Below, piece by piece: positions 14,930 to 23,518 of a DNA stretch of 24,000 nucleotides; positions within the stretch are counted from its first letter, which is position 1, and each line of letters starts with the position of its first letter. Under the pieces are notes generated by a model. That model made no database searches and was not told where the DNA came from. It was given only the letters and a program-made list of their open reading frames with translations. The stretch comes from an uncultured Alphaproteobacteria bacterium (lineage in GTDB: Bacteria > Pseudomonadota > Alphaproteobacteria > Micropepsales > Micropepsaceae). The DNA lies in contig CALMGU010000102.1 of assembly GCA_937865685.1 (NCBI GenBank), forward strand, positions 596-24,595. Direction: 5' to 3'. A program made the position numbers and the translations under genes.

Positions 14930-15925
14930 ATGGCCAGCGGCGCGCATGAAGGGTTGGAGCATCTTCTTTATGAAGTGAAGAAGGTGGTGGTCGGCCAGGA
15001 TCATTTCCTGGAGCGGGTGCTGGTCGCGCTTCTGGCGGGCGGGCATCTTCTGGTGGAAGGCGTGCCCGGCCTGGCCAAGACCCTGACGGTCTCGACCCTG
15101 GCGCGGGCGATGCAGGGCAGTTTCAAGCGCATCCAGTTCACGCCCGACCTTGTTCCCGCCGATCTGGTCGGCACCCGCGTCTATAACCAGAAGAGCGGCG
15201 AGTTCAGCACCGTACTGGGGCCTGTCTTCGCCAATCTGGTGCTGGCCGACGAAATCAACCGCGCTCCCGCCAAGGTGCAGAGCGCGCTTCTGGAAGTGAT
15301 GCAGGAACGCCAGGTCACCATCGCGGGCGAAAGCCATCCCGTGCCCAAGCCATTCGTGGTGATGGCGACGCAGAATCCGATCGAGACCGAAGGCACATAT
15401 GCCTTGCCGGAAGCGCAGGTCGACCGCTTCATGATGAAGGTGCTGGTGGGTTATCCCAGCGAGGACGAGGAGTTCGTGATCGTCCAGCGCGTCACCGGCA
15501 TGGCCGCCGCTATCGGCGCGGTCACCACCACCGATGAATTGCTGGCGATGCAGGCGCAGGCCCGCAAGATCTATATCGATCCGGCCTTGGTCACCTATGC
15601 GGTGCGGCTGGTGGCGGCGACCCGCGATCCGGGCCGGGCAGGCCTGCATAGCCATTCGCGCTTCATCCTGTATGGAGCAAGCCCCCGCGCCACCATCGGC
15701 CTGATCGAGGCGGGACGGGCGCTGGCCTATCTGCGCGGCCGCGATTATGCGCTGCCCGCCGATGTGGTGGATGTGGCGGCCGATGTGCTGCGCCACCGGG
15801 TGGTGCCATCCTATGAAGCGCTGGCCGAAGGCGTCGGCGCCGACGATCTGGTGCGCGACATCATGCGGGCCGTGCCCGCGCCCGAAAAGGTTTTGGAGCG
15901 CCATGACCGCGCCGCGAACGCCTGA
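14930..15925 (+). CDS. MoxR-family AAA+ ATPase
   Basis: Walker A GVPGLAKT and Walker B VLADEINRA. ATQNPIETEGTYALPEAQVDRF is typical of MoxR/RavA-class ATPases. Lies 15 nt after the protease gene. Confidence 0.9.
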   Translation: MASGAHEGLEHLLYEVKKVVVGQDHFLERVLVALLAGGHLLVEGVPGLAKTLTVSTLARAMQGSFKRIQFTPDLVPADLVGTRVYNQKSGEFSTVLGPVFANLVLADEINRAPAKVQSALLEVMQERQVTIAGESHPVPKPFVVMATQNPIETEGTYALPEAQVDRFMMKVLVGYPSEDEEFVIVQRVTGMAAAIGAVTTTDELLAMQAQARKIYIDPALVTYAVRLVAATRDPGRAGLHSHSRFILYGASPRATIGLIEAGRALAYLRGRDYALPADVVDVAADVLRHRVVPSYEALAEGVGADDLVRDIMRAVPAPEKVLERHDRAANA

Positions 15926-16805
15926 CGCGGTTCTTCGCCGCCTCGACCTGAAGATTACCCGGCGGCTGGAGGGTTTGCTGCAGGGCGATCACCGCACCGC
16001 GTTTCGCGGCCAGGGCTTGGATTTCGCGGACTTGCGCGAATACCAATATCACGACGATGTGCGGCACATGGACTGGAACGTCACCGCGCGGCTTCAGATT
16101 CCCCATGTGCGCGAATTCCTGGAAGACCGGGAGATCACCGCCTGGTTCCTGCTCGATATGAGCCCATCGATCGATTTTCAGTCGGTGAGTGTCTCCAAGC
16201 GCACGGTGCTGTCCGAATTCACCACTCTGATGTGCCGGTTCCTTTCGGGCAAAGGCAATCGCGCGGGCGCTCTGTTGTTCACCGGCGGGGTGGAGCACAT
16301 GGTGCCGGCGCGGGGCGGACGGCGGCAATTTCTGGTGCTGCTGGACGCGCTCACCCGCTACCGGGCGCCGAAAAAAACGCAAGCGACGGACCTCAAGCGC
16401 GTATTGACCGACGCGGGCAAGATGATCCGCCGCCGTTCGCTGGTCTTTGTGGTGTCCGATTTCATCAGCGCTCCCGGTTGGGAAAAGCCGCTCGGCCAGC
16501 TTGCCAGCCGTCACGACGTGATCGCGGTCCGTCTCACCGATCCGCTGGAAGTGCGCTTGCCCGATCTGGGCCTGATCACCTTCCAGGACGCGGAGAGCGG
16601 CGACCAGCTTTTCGTCGATACCCATGACAAGGGCTTTCGCGCCCGCTTCGTTGCCGCCGCCGAAAGACGGAACGAGGAATTGATGACCGCGTTCACGGCA
16701 GCCGGTGTGGATGCCTTGGAGCTGTCCACCGAAGACGATGTCGCGGACGCGGTGCTGCGTTTCGCCGACATGCGCCGCCTGCGTTTCGCAAAGAAGACCG
16801 CATGA
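15903..16805 (+). CDS. DUF58 domain protein (MoxR-associated)
   Basis: FRGQGLDFADLREYQYHDDVRHMDWNVTAR and FLLDMSPS motifs typical of DUF58. The ATG at 15903 overlaps the MoxR 3' end by 23 nt. The longer track ORF from 15747 is an out-of-frame overlap with MoxR. Confidence 0.85.
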   Translation: MTAPRTPDAVLRRLDLKITRRLEGLLQGDHRTAFRGQGLDFADLREYQYHDDVRHMDWNVTARLQIPHVREFLEDREITAWFLLDMSPSIDFQSVSVSKRTVLSEFTTLMCRFLSGKGNRAGALLFTGGVEHMVPARGGRRQFLVLLDALTRYRAPKKTQATDLKRVLTDAGKMIRRRSLVFVVSDFISAPGWEKPLGQLASRHDVIAVRLTDPLEVRLPDLGLITFQDAESGDQLFVDTHDKGFRARFVAAAERRNEELMTAFTAAGVDALELSTEDDVADAVLRFADMRRLRFAKKTA

Positions 16806-17938
16806 AGGAATGGGCGATCAAGGCTTGGGGTTTGGTCCCGCATATCGGCTTTCTCTGGCCGATGTTTCTGTGGCTGCTCATCGCCGTTCCGCTTGCGGTG
16901 ACTCTGTACGTGCTGTTCCTGCGCCGCCGCAAGAAGTCGGCGCTGCGCTATGCCAATATGGCGATGGTCAAGAGCGCCGCGGGGGCGATGGGCTGGCGGC
17001 GCCATGTTCCGCCCGCGCTGATGCTGGCCGCACTCACCTTGTTGCTGCTGGCGATGGCGCGGCCCACCGCGCTGGTCAGCCTGCCATCCTCCCGCGCCGT
17101 GGTGATGCTGGCAATGGACGTGTCGGGCAGCATGCGCGCCGCCGATGTGAAGCCGTCGCGCATCGAAGCGGCCCAGGCCGCCGCCAAGCAATATATCAAG
17201 GACCAGCCCAAGGACGTTCAGATCGGCATCGTCGCCTTCGCCGCCACCGCGCTGACGGTCCAGAATCCCACCACCGACCGGCTGGCGCTGAACGCGGCGG
17301 TCGACCGGTTCGAGTTGCAGCGCGGCACGGCGGTGGGCAGCGGCATCCTGGTTTCGCTCTCCACCATTTTCCCCAAGGAAGATTTTCCGATCAGCAATTT
17401 CGCCGGCGGCGGTTTTGGCAACGGCAATGGCGGTTACGGCTTTGGCGGCGGCGACCGCTTCAACCGCTTTGGCGGGCGCGCATTAGGTGATCGGGGCAAG
17501 GAGCCTGCGCCCAAGAAGAAGCATGTGCCGGTCGAGCCGGGTTCCTACAAGAATGCGGTGGTGATCCTGCTTACCGATGGTCAGACCAATGCGGGCTATG
17601 ATCCGGTGGAAGCGGCGCGGATCGCGTCGGAATATGGCGTGCGCGTTTATACGGTGGGCTTCGGCACCACCAAGGGCAATGTGGTGGGCTTTGGCGGCTT
17701 TTCGATGCGCGCCCAGCTGGACGAAACGGCGCTGAAAAAGATCGCGGACATGACGCGGGGGCGCTATTTCCACGCCGCCAGCGCCGACGACCTGAAGCAG
17801 GTCTATAGCGTCCTTTCCAAGCAACTGGTGATGGAGACCAAGGAGATGGAAATCACCTCCTTCTTCGCGGGGCTGGCCGCCCTTCTGATGCTGGCTTCCG
17901 CCAGCCTGTCGCTAATCTGGTTCGGCCGGGTGCTCTGA
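16802..17938 (+). CDS. BatA-like VWA-domain membrane protein with an internal Gly/Phe-rich insertion
   Basis: N-terminal TM (FLWPMFLWLLIAVPLAV). MIDAS residues in MDVSGSM, RGTAVGSG and ILLTDGQTN. C-terminal TM. The start overlaps the DUF58 stop (ATGA). Confidence 0.85.
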   Translation: MKEWAIKAWGLVPHIGFLWPMFLWLLIAVPLAVTLYVLFLRRRKKSALRYANMAMVKSAAGAMGWRRHVPPALMLAALTLLLLAMARPTALVSLPSSRAVVMLAMDVSGSMRAADVKPSRIEAAQAAAKQYIKDQPKDVQIGIVAFAATALTVQNPTTDRLALNAAVDRFELQRGTAVGSGILVSLSTIFPKEDFPISNFAGGGFGNGNGGYGFGGGDRFNRFGGRALGDRGKEPAPKKKHVPVEPGSYKNAVVILLTDGQTNAGYDPVEAARIASEYGVRVYTVGFGTTKGNVVGFGGFSMRAQLDETALKKIADMTRGRYFHAASADDLKQVYSVLSKQLVMETKEMEITSFFAGLAALLMLASASLSLIWFGRVL

Positions 17939-18005
17939 CGGCGCTCCAAGACCGTTGCAAAGCCGCCCGCTATCGCTCCTAATCCCGGAAACGGGGGGAT
18001 ATTGC

Positions 18006-19358
18006 ATGGCTGATTCCGGTCATATGGCGGACGCGCACCATGTCCGCGGCCGCCTCTTGCGCATTTTCGGGCTGGGTTTCGGCCTGGCGGTGGTGCTGGG
18101 CGGCGTGATCGGTTCAGGCATTCTGCGCAATCCGTCCGTGGTGGCGGCGGGTTTCCTCGATCCCACCTGGATCATTCTGGCCTGGCTGGCCGGTGGATTG
18201 TTCCTGGCGGTGGATGCCATGCCGACCGTGGAACTGGGCGCGGCGATTCCACAATCCGGCGGGCCTTATCCCTTGGCTGTGCGGGCTTTGGGACCGTTCG
18301 CCGGTTTCTTTGTCGGCTGGGCGGATTGGCTGCAACTGATTTTCTCCACCGGCTTCATCGCCGTGGCGTTCGGCGAGCAGGTGCAGCGGCTTGGGCTGCT
18401 GCCGGGACTGACCACGGGCGAGATCGCGGTGCTTCTGGTATTCGCATGCGGCGCCCTCAACTTCATCGGCGCCAAGGTCGGCGGCATGTCCCAGAGCATC
18501 GGCAGCGCCTTGAAGGCGCTGGGCCTTTTGGTGATCGTGGCGGTGTTGTTTCTGGCGCCTGGAAAAGCCGGCGTTGTTGCCGCGCCGCCTCCGCCCGCTT
18601 TCAGCTGGATCGCCGCGGCGGTGGCGATCCGCGCCATTTATGGCGCCTATGGCGGCTGGGAAGCGGCGGTCTATTTTTCCGAGGAATTGCACGAGCCGGA
18701 ACGCAATGTGGCGCGCGCCACCTTCGGCGGCATCGCCTTGGTGACGGTGATCTATACGCTGATCAATGCGGCGGTGCTGCATGTGCTGCCCATGGGCGTC
18801 TTGACCCACTCGACCCTGGCGGTATCCGACGCCATGGCGGCGGTGCTGGGACCGGGCAGCGGCGTGGTGGTGACCGTGGTCGCGATGTGGTGCGTCGCCA
18901 CCATCGCCAATCTCCAGGTGATGGAACATGTGAGGAATACTTACGCCATGGCGCGTGAAGGCAGGCTGCCCTCTGTGCTGGCCAATGTCTCCAAAAGCGG
19001 CACGCCGCGGGCTGCTCTGGGCGTGGTGGTGGTGGCGACATCGCTGGTGATCCTGGGTGCGGATCACATCAAGGGCGGCCTCTACGAAGTGCTGCTCAAC
19101 CTCTACGCCCCCAACATCATGATCATCTTCCTGCTGTTGAGCATTGGCGCGATCCGCCTGCGGCAGAAAGAGCCGGACCTGCCCAGGCCCTACAAGATGC
19201 CGCTTTATCCCTTGCCCGCCCTCATCGCCATTGCGGCCAATGGTTTGCTGGTGGTGCTGTTCGTGGTGTCGGACTGGCGTACCGGGCTTTATTCGCTGCT
19301 GAGCCTGTCTTTGGCGTTCCCGCTTTACTTTTTGGGGCGCGGCCGTAAATCGTCGTGA
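18006..19358 (+). CDS. APC-superfamily amino acid/polyamine permease
   Basis: About 12 predicted hydrophobic segments. N-terminal GVIGSGI motif typical of APC transporters. The ATG at 18006 has a G-rich RBS. The TTG start in the track is less likely. Confidence 0.75.
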   Translation: MADSGHMADAHHVRGRLLRIFGLGFGLAVVLGGVIGSGILRNPSVVAAGFLDPTWIILAWLAGGLFLAVDAMPTVELGAAIPQSGGPYPLAVRALGPFAGFFVGWADWLQLIFSTGFIAVAFGEQVQRLGLLPGLTTGEIAVLLVFACGALNFIGAKVGGMSQSIGSALKALGLLVIVAVLFLAPGKAGVVAAPPPPAFSWIAAAVAIRAIYGAYGGWEAAVYFSEELHEPERNVARATFGGIALVTVIYTLINAAVLHVLPMGVLTHSTLAVSDAMAAVLGPGSGVVVTVVAMWCVATIANLQVMEHVRNTYAMAREGRLPSVLANVSKSGTPRAALGVVVVATSLVILGADHIKGGLYEVLLNLYAPNIMIIFLLLSIGAIRLRQKEPDLPRPYKMPLYPLPALIAIAANGLLVVLFVVSDWRTGLYSLLSLSLAFPLYFLGRGRKSS

Positions 19359-19359
19359 G

Positions 19360-19875
19360 ATGAGCGGCAAGAAGCATGTCCTGCCCGAACGATTGAAGCC
19401 GGGACTGACCTTGGTGTTCTGCGGCACCGCGGCGGGCCGGCAATCGGCGCTGCAGAAAGCCTATTATGCCCATGCCCAGAACAAATTCTGGCGCACCCTG
19501 CAGGAAATCGGCCTGACCCCGCATTTGTTTGCGCCCCGGGACTATCCGGCGCTTTGGGATCTGGGGATCGGGCTGACCGATATCGCCAAATTTGCTTATG
19601 GCATGGATCACCAACTGCCCAAGGGTAGTTTAGGGCAAGATGCCGCCGATGCGCTTAAGGCTCGCATTCAAAAAGTGGCGCCGCGCTTTCTGGCCTTCAC
19701 CAGTCTTACGGCGGGACGCACGGTGATGGGCAAGCACGCCTCACCGGGCCGGCAGAGTGAAAAGGTCGGCATCACCGAAGTCTGGATCCTGCCATCGCCA
19801 TCACCGCTCGCCAGCAATCACTGGGACATCGCGCCCTGGCGCGCCTTGGCGAAAGCCGTGCGGCGCGCGCAATAA
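19360..19875 (+). CDS. Mug/TDG-family (UDG family 2-like) DNA glycosylase homologue with a non-canonical active-site motif
   Basis: Collinear by eye with E. coli Mug over its full length (LVFCG...S...YAHAQNKFW; VWILPSPSPLAS). Motif 1 reads GTAAG instead of GINPG. Motif 2 reads SPSPLA instead of NPSGLS. Confidence 0.6.
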   Translation: MSGKKHVLPERLKPGLTLVFCGTAAGRQSALQKAYYAHAQNKFWRTLQEIGLTPHLFAPRDYPALWDLGIGLTDIAKFAYGMDHQLPKGSLGQDAADALKARIQKVAPRFLAFTSLTAGRTVMGKHASPGRQSEKVGITEVWILPSPSPLASNHWDIAPWRALAKAVRRAQ

Positions 19876-19893
19876 CGCGGCGGCCGGGCGTCG

Positions 19894-20067
19894 TCAGCCG
19901 ACCCGTCTGGCCACCGTCAGTCCCAAGATGAGCAGCACCAGGAATATGGCGATGAAGATAAAGAAAAGAGTTTTTGCAATGGCGATCGAGGCTCCCGCCA
20001 CGCCGGTGAAGCCCAGAAGCCCCGCCACCAGTCCGATCACCAGGAAAATAAGCGCCCATCGCAGCAT
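19894..20067 (-). CDS. DUF1328 (UPF0391/YtjA-like) small membrane protein
   Basis: 57 aa, [50 protein letters not shown], which is the family signature. GGAG RBS upstream of the ATG at 20067. The 203-aa track ORF is an unsupported upstream extension. Confidence 0.8.
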   Translation of the reverse strand: MLRWALIFLVIGLVAGLLGFTGVAGASIAIAKTLFFIFIAIFLVLLILGLTVARRVG

Positions 20068-20114
20068 CGGAATATCTCCTCGCGCAGATCTCCAAGGAAA
20101 TGCGGGGCGGCGTG

Positions 20115-21026
20115 CTAAGTTCCCGCCGGGCACTGCGCCTTGTCCATCAGCCAGTCCCGGAACAGAGGCATGGCGGAAGACTGCGCCCGGCTTATCAAGC
20201 GCGTGAGCCAATAACATCCCAGATCCGCTTCGATTGCGAAAGGCTGGATCAGCAGGCCCGCTTCCAGCTCGCGCCGGAACATGGCCACCGGCACTAGCGC
20301 CACCCCTTCGCCCCGCAAAGCCGCCTGCACCATGATCCAGGACGAATCGAACAGCGGTCCCCGCGCCGCGATATTCGGCACGCCGGCTTTTTCCAGCCAT
20401 TGCGGCCAGTCGGATGCACGGTAGGAGCGCAGCAGGGGAAATTCCGCGAGATCGGGCGGCATACGCAGGCGCTTCGCGGTTTGCGGCGAACAGACCGCGG
20501 AGCATGGCGCATCCATGACCTTTTCAGAATGGATGCCGTGCCAGGCGCCGTCGCCGAAGCGGATGGCATAGTCCAGGCTTTCGCCCGCCAGATCGACTTT
20601 GTTGTTGTTGGTGAGAAGCCTGAGATCGATCGCGGGGTTGCGGGCCTGGAAATCCGGCAGCCTCTCCAGCAGCCAGCCCACCGCGAACGTGCCCACCGCG
20701 CCGACGGTCAGCGCTTCCTTCAAGCGTCCGCCCTCGAACTGGCCCAGCGCACGCGACAAGCGCTCGAATGTTTCGCTTACTGGCACCATCAGGGCGCGGC
20801 CTTCATCGGTGAGGACCAGTCCGCGCGGCGTGCGGCGGAAAAGCTCCAGGCCCAGCTTTTCCTCCAGCCCTTTGACCTGGTGGCTGATCGCCGCCTGGGT
20901 CACCGACAATTCCAGCCCGGCGCGGGTGAAGGACAGGTGCCGTGCCGCCGCCTCGAAGGCACGCAGCGCACTGAGCGAAACGGAGGAGATGTTGATTGGG
21001 TTATTAGAAAAACTTGTGGCAGACAC
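20115..21026 (-). CDS. LysR-family transcriptional regulator (AmpR/PenR-like, divergent from the beta-lactamase gene)
   Basis: [41 protein letters not shown], then a typical LysR substrate-binding domain. A GTG start at 21026 (AAGGA RBS) gives 303 aa. The alternative GTG at 21083 would leave only 14 nt before the divergent bla ATG, so it is less likely. Confidence 0.8.
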   Translation of the reverse strand: MSATSFSNNPINISSVSLSALRAFEAAARHLSFTRAGLELSVTQAAISHQVKGLEEKLGLELFRRTPRGLVLTDEGRALMVPVSETFERLSRALGQFEGGRLKEALTVGAVGTFAVGWLLERLPDFQARNPAIDLRLLTNNNKVDLAGESLDYAIRFGDGAWHGIHSEKVMDAPCSAVCSPQTAKRLRMPPDLAEFPLLRSYRASDWPQWLEKAGVPNIAARGPLFDSSWIMVQAALRGEGVALVPVAMFRRELEAGLLIQPFAIEADLGCYWLTRLISRAQSSAMPLFRDWLMDKAQCPAGT

Positions 21027-21097
21027 GAGACAATGTCCTTTGCGCGCGAAATCCGGCTTGCGGCATGGTGGCAACCTAAGCACAGAGAGGCGTGGTC
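21027..21097. promoter_or_regulatory. divergent LysR / beta-lactamase control region
   Basis: A 71-nt interval between divergent starts, the usual location of LTTR operators. It contains the dyad TTGC-N9-GCAA (cTTGCggcatggtgGCAAc). No exact T-N11-A box could be assigned with confidence. Confidence 0.35.
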
Positions 21098-21973
21098 ATG
21101 AATAATTTTCATCGCAGAGGTTTTTTGCTGGCCGGTGCCGGCCTGGTGGCAAGCGGTCTGCCGGTCCGGGCGGCGGGGAATTTCCGCCAGGCCATGGCGG
21201 CGCTGGAAGCGCGTCTGGGCGGGCAGGCCGGGCTTTCAGCCCTCGACATGGGAAGCGGCCGGACTCTGTCCTGGCGCGGTGGCGAGCGTTTCGCCATGTG
21301 CTCGTCTTTCAAATGGGTTCTGGCGGCGGCGGTCCAGAAAGAGGTGGAGGAGAGCCGTCTGAAATCCGGCCAGGTGATCCGCTATTCCGCGAAAGCACTT
21401 TTGCCCCATTCCCCGCGCACCGAGGCGCATCTGAAGGATGGCGGCATGACGGTGGATGATCTATGCGCCGCGGTGGTGGAGGCCAGCGACAATGGCGGCG
21501 CGAACCTGCTGCTGGAGCGCGTGGGCGGGCCTGAGGGTCTGACGCGCTTCTTGCGCGAGGCTGGCGACACCGTCACGCGGCTGGACCGAAATGAACCCAG
21601 CCTGAATTCCAATCGGCCGGGTGATCCGCGCGACACCACCACACCGGATGCGATGGTGGGGACGATGAAGCGAATTTTGACCGGCGATGTGTTGCAGCCG
21701 GTTTCGCGGGACAAGCTGCTGGACTGGCTGCGCAACAGCGAGACAGGCGCAAAGCGCTTGCGCGCGGGGTTGCCTGCCGGCTGGAGCGTGGGCGACAAGA
21801 CCGGCACGGGCACGCGGGGCGCGACAGTCGACAATGCCATCGCCTGGCCGCCGGGACGGGCCCCCATCCTGATCGCGGCCTATCTCAGCGGTTCGGCCAA
21901 GCCCATCGAGGCGCTGGAAGCCGGACATGCGGAAATGGGCCGCCTGACCGCCGATTCGTTCGCCAAAGGCTAA
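21098..21973 (+). CDS. class A beta-lactamase with twin-arginine signal peptide
   Basis: S-x-x-K in MCSSFK, SDN in ASDNGGAN, E166/N170 in RNEPSLN, KTG in GDKTGTG. The N-terminus MNNFHRRGFLLAGAGLVASGLPVRA has a Tat-type RRxFL motif. GAGAGG RBS upstream. Confidence 0.9.
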   Translation: MNNFHRRGFLLAGAGLVASGLPVRAAGNFRQAMAALEARLGGQAGLSALDMGSGRTLSWRGGERFAMCSSFKWVLAAAVQKEVEESRLKSGQVIRYSAKALLPHSPRTEAHLKDGGMTVDDLCAAVVEASDNGGANLLLERVGGPEGLTRFLREAGDTVTRLDRNEPSLNSNRPGDPRDTTTPDAMVGTMKRILTGDVLQPVSRDKLLDWLRNSETGAKRLRAGLPAGWSVGDKTGTGTRGATVDNAIAWPPGRAPILIAAYLSGSAKPIEALEAGHAEMGRLTADSFAKG

Positions 21974-22653
21974 GGCGCGCGGGAAGGCTCGGCACCGGCG
22001 GGCGGTGGCAGGGCCAAGGCCCATTGCACGATCTGGTCCACCGCCTTTGCCAGCGCCACATTCAAGGCCTGAACCACGGCATCGACGCTGTTCGCCGAGG
22101 CGGGTTCGGTGAGGTTGACGGAAAAATTCGCCAGGATCTTGCGTGACTTGGTATCGGACATATGGGCAATGATCGTCACCGCCACATTCGGCGCGCCGTC
22201 GGGGGTGGCGTAGCGCGCCTCGAAGTCACGCAATTCGGTGGAGAGTTGATAATCCGATTGCAGCGCGTCTTCATCCCGTGACACCGCATCGATGCGGCCG
22301 CTGGCCTCGAAGCCGGCCAAGAGTGCCGTCTGCACCAGATCGGGCAGGCGGTCAGGCCAAGCGGCCTTGGCGTAATAGTCGAGCTGCATGCCGTTTCTGG
22401 CCAATGCAATGCGCGCACTGTCCAGATTGCCCGCTGCAGCGGGTTTTTGAATTACAAGCGCCCAGCCGACTTTGGCGCCGGAAGACTGCGTGGCCGGTAC
22501 CGTTGGACGCAGTGCATAAATCTGCGGCGCGTCGGGTGGGCCGATCAACTTGTCCAGGCTGCCGCATGCCGTGAGCGCCAACGAGGACCCGGCGATCAGG
22601 ACCAGCCGGCGATCCAAATGAAGCAGGGAATCATTTCTTTTCATTGGGGTCAT
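21970..22653 (-). CDS. ABC-transport auxiliary lipoprotein (DUF330/PqiC-like) of the MCE operon
   Basis: Lipobox LALTAC. Located immediately downstream of, and overlapping, the MlaD/MCE gene. The start could be 22653 or 22644. Confidence 0.65.
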   Translation of the reverse strand: MTPMKRNDSLLHLDRRLVLIAGSSLALTACGSLDKLIGPPDAPQIYALRPTVPATQSSGAKVGWALVIQKPAAAGNLDSARIALARNGMQLDYYAKAAWPDRLPDLVQTALLAGFEASGRIDAVSRDEDALQSDYQLSTELRDFEARYATPDGAPNVAVTIIAHMSDTKSRKILANFSVNLTEPASANSVDAVVQALNVALAKAVDQIVQWALALPPPAGAEPSRAP

Positions 22654-23509
22654 ATCCCTTGCGGCGGTCGCCGAACAAAAGCTTGGTGGGCTCCCGGTTG
22701 AGCTGGTCGGAGAAGCGGGTGAGGCTGGTCACCAGCCGCCGCATCTCATTGACCAGGCTGGAAAGCTGGCTCAAGGCATCGCCCTTGAGGAAGGCATCCG
22801 CATCGTCCGCCACTTTGTTGAATTTGCTCACCGTCACATCGACGTGATCGAGCGTGGGCTTCAGGGTGGCGGACGCATCGCGCAGATTGGCCGTGGCGGT
22901 ATTGGCGTTCTTGATCGTGGCGTCGATATCGGCCGAACGCTTGGCGATGGCGGAAGTCGTTTGATCCAGGTTGCTCAGAACATTGGTCAGGGATTTGCGG
23001 TTCTGGTCGCTGAGGACATCGTTGAGACGGGTCACGGCGACATTGAGCTTGGCCACCACTTCGGGCGCCGACTGTTCCAGCTGTTGCAAGGTCGATTGCT
23101 TGGCGCGGATGACGGGATAGTCCTGGCCTTCCTTGGCCGTCAGGACGGGCGATTTGGCGGTGCCGCCGCTGATCTCGACATAGGTGCCCCCGGTCAGGCC
23201 CTGGCTTTCGATCGAGGCCTGGCTGTCCTCGCGGATGTTGAGATTGGGCTGGACCTGCATGGTGACGATCACGCTTTGCGGATCGTTGGGATTGAATTTG
23301 AGCTCGGTGACCCGGCCCACATCGATGCCGTTGTAGCGGGTGACGGTGCCCTTGCCGAGGCCCGTCACCGGACCTTTGAAATAGGTCTGGTAATAAGCCC
23401 ATTCCTGGCTGTACTGCGCGCCCGCGAGCCACATGATCGTGATCACCAGCCCGATGACGCAGGCCAGCACGAAGGCGCCGACCGCGACGTAGTTGGCCTT
23501 GGTTTCCAA
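22631..23509 (-). CDS. MlaD/MCE-family substrate-binding protein
   Basis: N-terminal TM anchor (ANYVAVGAFVLACVIGLVITIMWL). MCE domain (GLGKGTVTRYNGIDVGRVTEL...). Long helical Ala/Asn/Thr-rich C-terminus. Confidence 0.8.
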   Translation of the reverse strand: METKANYVAVGAFVLACVIGLVITIMWLAGAQYSQEWAYYQTYFKGPVTGLGKGTVTRYNGIDVGRVTELKFNPNDPQSVIVTMQVQPNLNIREDSQASIESQGLTGGTYVEISGGTAKSPVLTAKEGQDYPVIRAKQSTLQQLEQSAPEVVAKLNVAVTRLNDVLSDQNRKSLTNVLSNLDQTTSAIAKRSADIDATIKNANTATANLRDASATLKPTLDHVDVTVSKFNKVADDADAFLKGDALSQLSSLVNEMRRLVTSLTRFSDQLNREPTKLLFGDRRKGYDPNEKK

Positions 23510-23518
23510 GCATGCCTC

